A DNA stretch of 64,000 nucleotides from positions 13,888,001 through 13,952,000 of the forward strand of contig NC_135262.1 of NCBI RefSeq assembly GCF_964204865.1, written 5' to 3'. Source of the DNA: Styela clava. Taxonomy: Eukaryota. The position numbers and the translations under genes are program-made. Within the stretch, counting starts at the first letter, position 1. Every line of letters starts with the position of its first letter. Below are positions 63,060 through 64,000 of this stretch, in pieces. The notes under the pieces were generated by a model, which worked only from the letters and a program-made list of their open reading frames with translations, did not search any database and had not been told where the DNA came from.

Positions 63060-64000
63060 GTGAGTATGTATTTGTTCTTAATTTGTAAAGGCATGTAGAA
63101 AAGGTTATTAATCATCTATAGAAGTAAGGCAGTATGATGGATTGATATCGAAACATTTTCAGCATTATACTTCACTCGACTAACTTACAAAATTCAAATT
63201 AAAAAAATATATTGTTAACTTAAGATACAAAAAATATTAGATAAAATTCGATTAATAAGATATACGTTCTTATATACAGAAGCTACTTTCAAGAAAGAGA
63301 ACGAACACACTTCCAAACACCCAAGATTTGTAATTAATTTTGATGGCGAATTCCCTGACGATGGGATAGAATAGGATTTAAAAGACTGTGTGATACTGAT
63401 ACCACGGAGTGTGATTGGATAGTGCAAGTGCAAACAATGGCAGAATTGATGAAACGACTCGGATGGCAAAGATATGGATAATACTAGTAATAAATATACA
63501 AACTTGGTAATCAAGACACAGTGTACACAATGTATCTCCTTTAGTAATATAACCTTTATTTTCAAGTTAAATATGCATTATTGTTCTAAGCTTCGTGATT
63601 TTGGTGTCTGTACATATGAATACATTCTATGTCTGAATGTTCAATGCTACAGGAGGCAGATCATGTTTCTGGGCCCAACGTGGCTTAATTGTAAGCATTT
63701 GCATAGCCAGCCCTAATTTGTAATTTTGTGCAATGACATTGGATTTAAGACACCACTTCTTTAAGCAGAAAAAAACCGCATTTGGTCAATAATCAACTAA
63801 TTTAAAATCTCGGCTGACTTTTCGTAAATACAAAATCTATTTTCCCAAACAACTTTTTATTTAAATTTTTTTTTTTTTAACGCAATCTGAATCAGTAAAA
63901 GACATCACCACGATTAAAAGTCCATTCTTCGCTTTTCGACAACTATGCTCGCCACAACCCGATTGATCTTCTTATCAGAGACTATTTCACAGTGACAATG

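Overview
AT-rich, intron-containing animal (invertebrate-like) genomic DNA; the species cannot be fixed from sequence alone. The ORF track misses most genes because the exons are tiny, so gene models below were spliced by hand (GT-AG, phase-checked). (1) 0.1-9 kb: a tandem family of 3-exon genes for small secreted, cationic 8-Cys peptides (2 intact, 2 pseudogenes). (2) 14.3-15.1 kb: an orphan ORF without coding introns, ending in a PPxY motif. (3) 18.4-26.4 kb: a 12-exon, 713-aa type I receptor (signal peptide, furin site, EGF, 4xSRCR, 2 calcium-binding EGF, TM). (4) 27-64 kb: an array of at least 8 tiny single-pass membrane protein genes with a shared exon plan and 30-45-aa Cys/N-glycan ectodomains, with either Tyr-containing or Gly-rich (mostly GGGCG-ending) tails, plus pseudogene relics and segmental duplications. 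(5) An internally deleted Helentron (49.5-52.1 kb), two related HINE-like copies and several hAT-like or GG-ended MITEs. The best candidates for a new system are the micro-receptor array and the 8-Cys peptide family, flanking an SRCR receptor in what may be an innate-immune or cell-surface recognition locus (inference).
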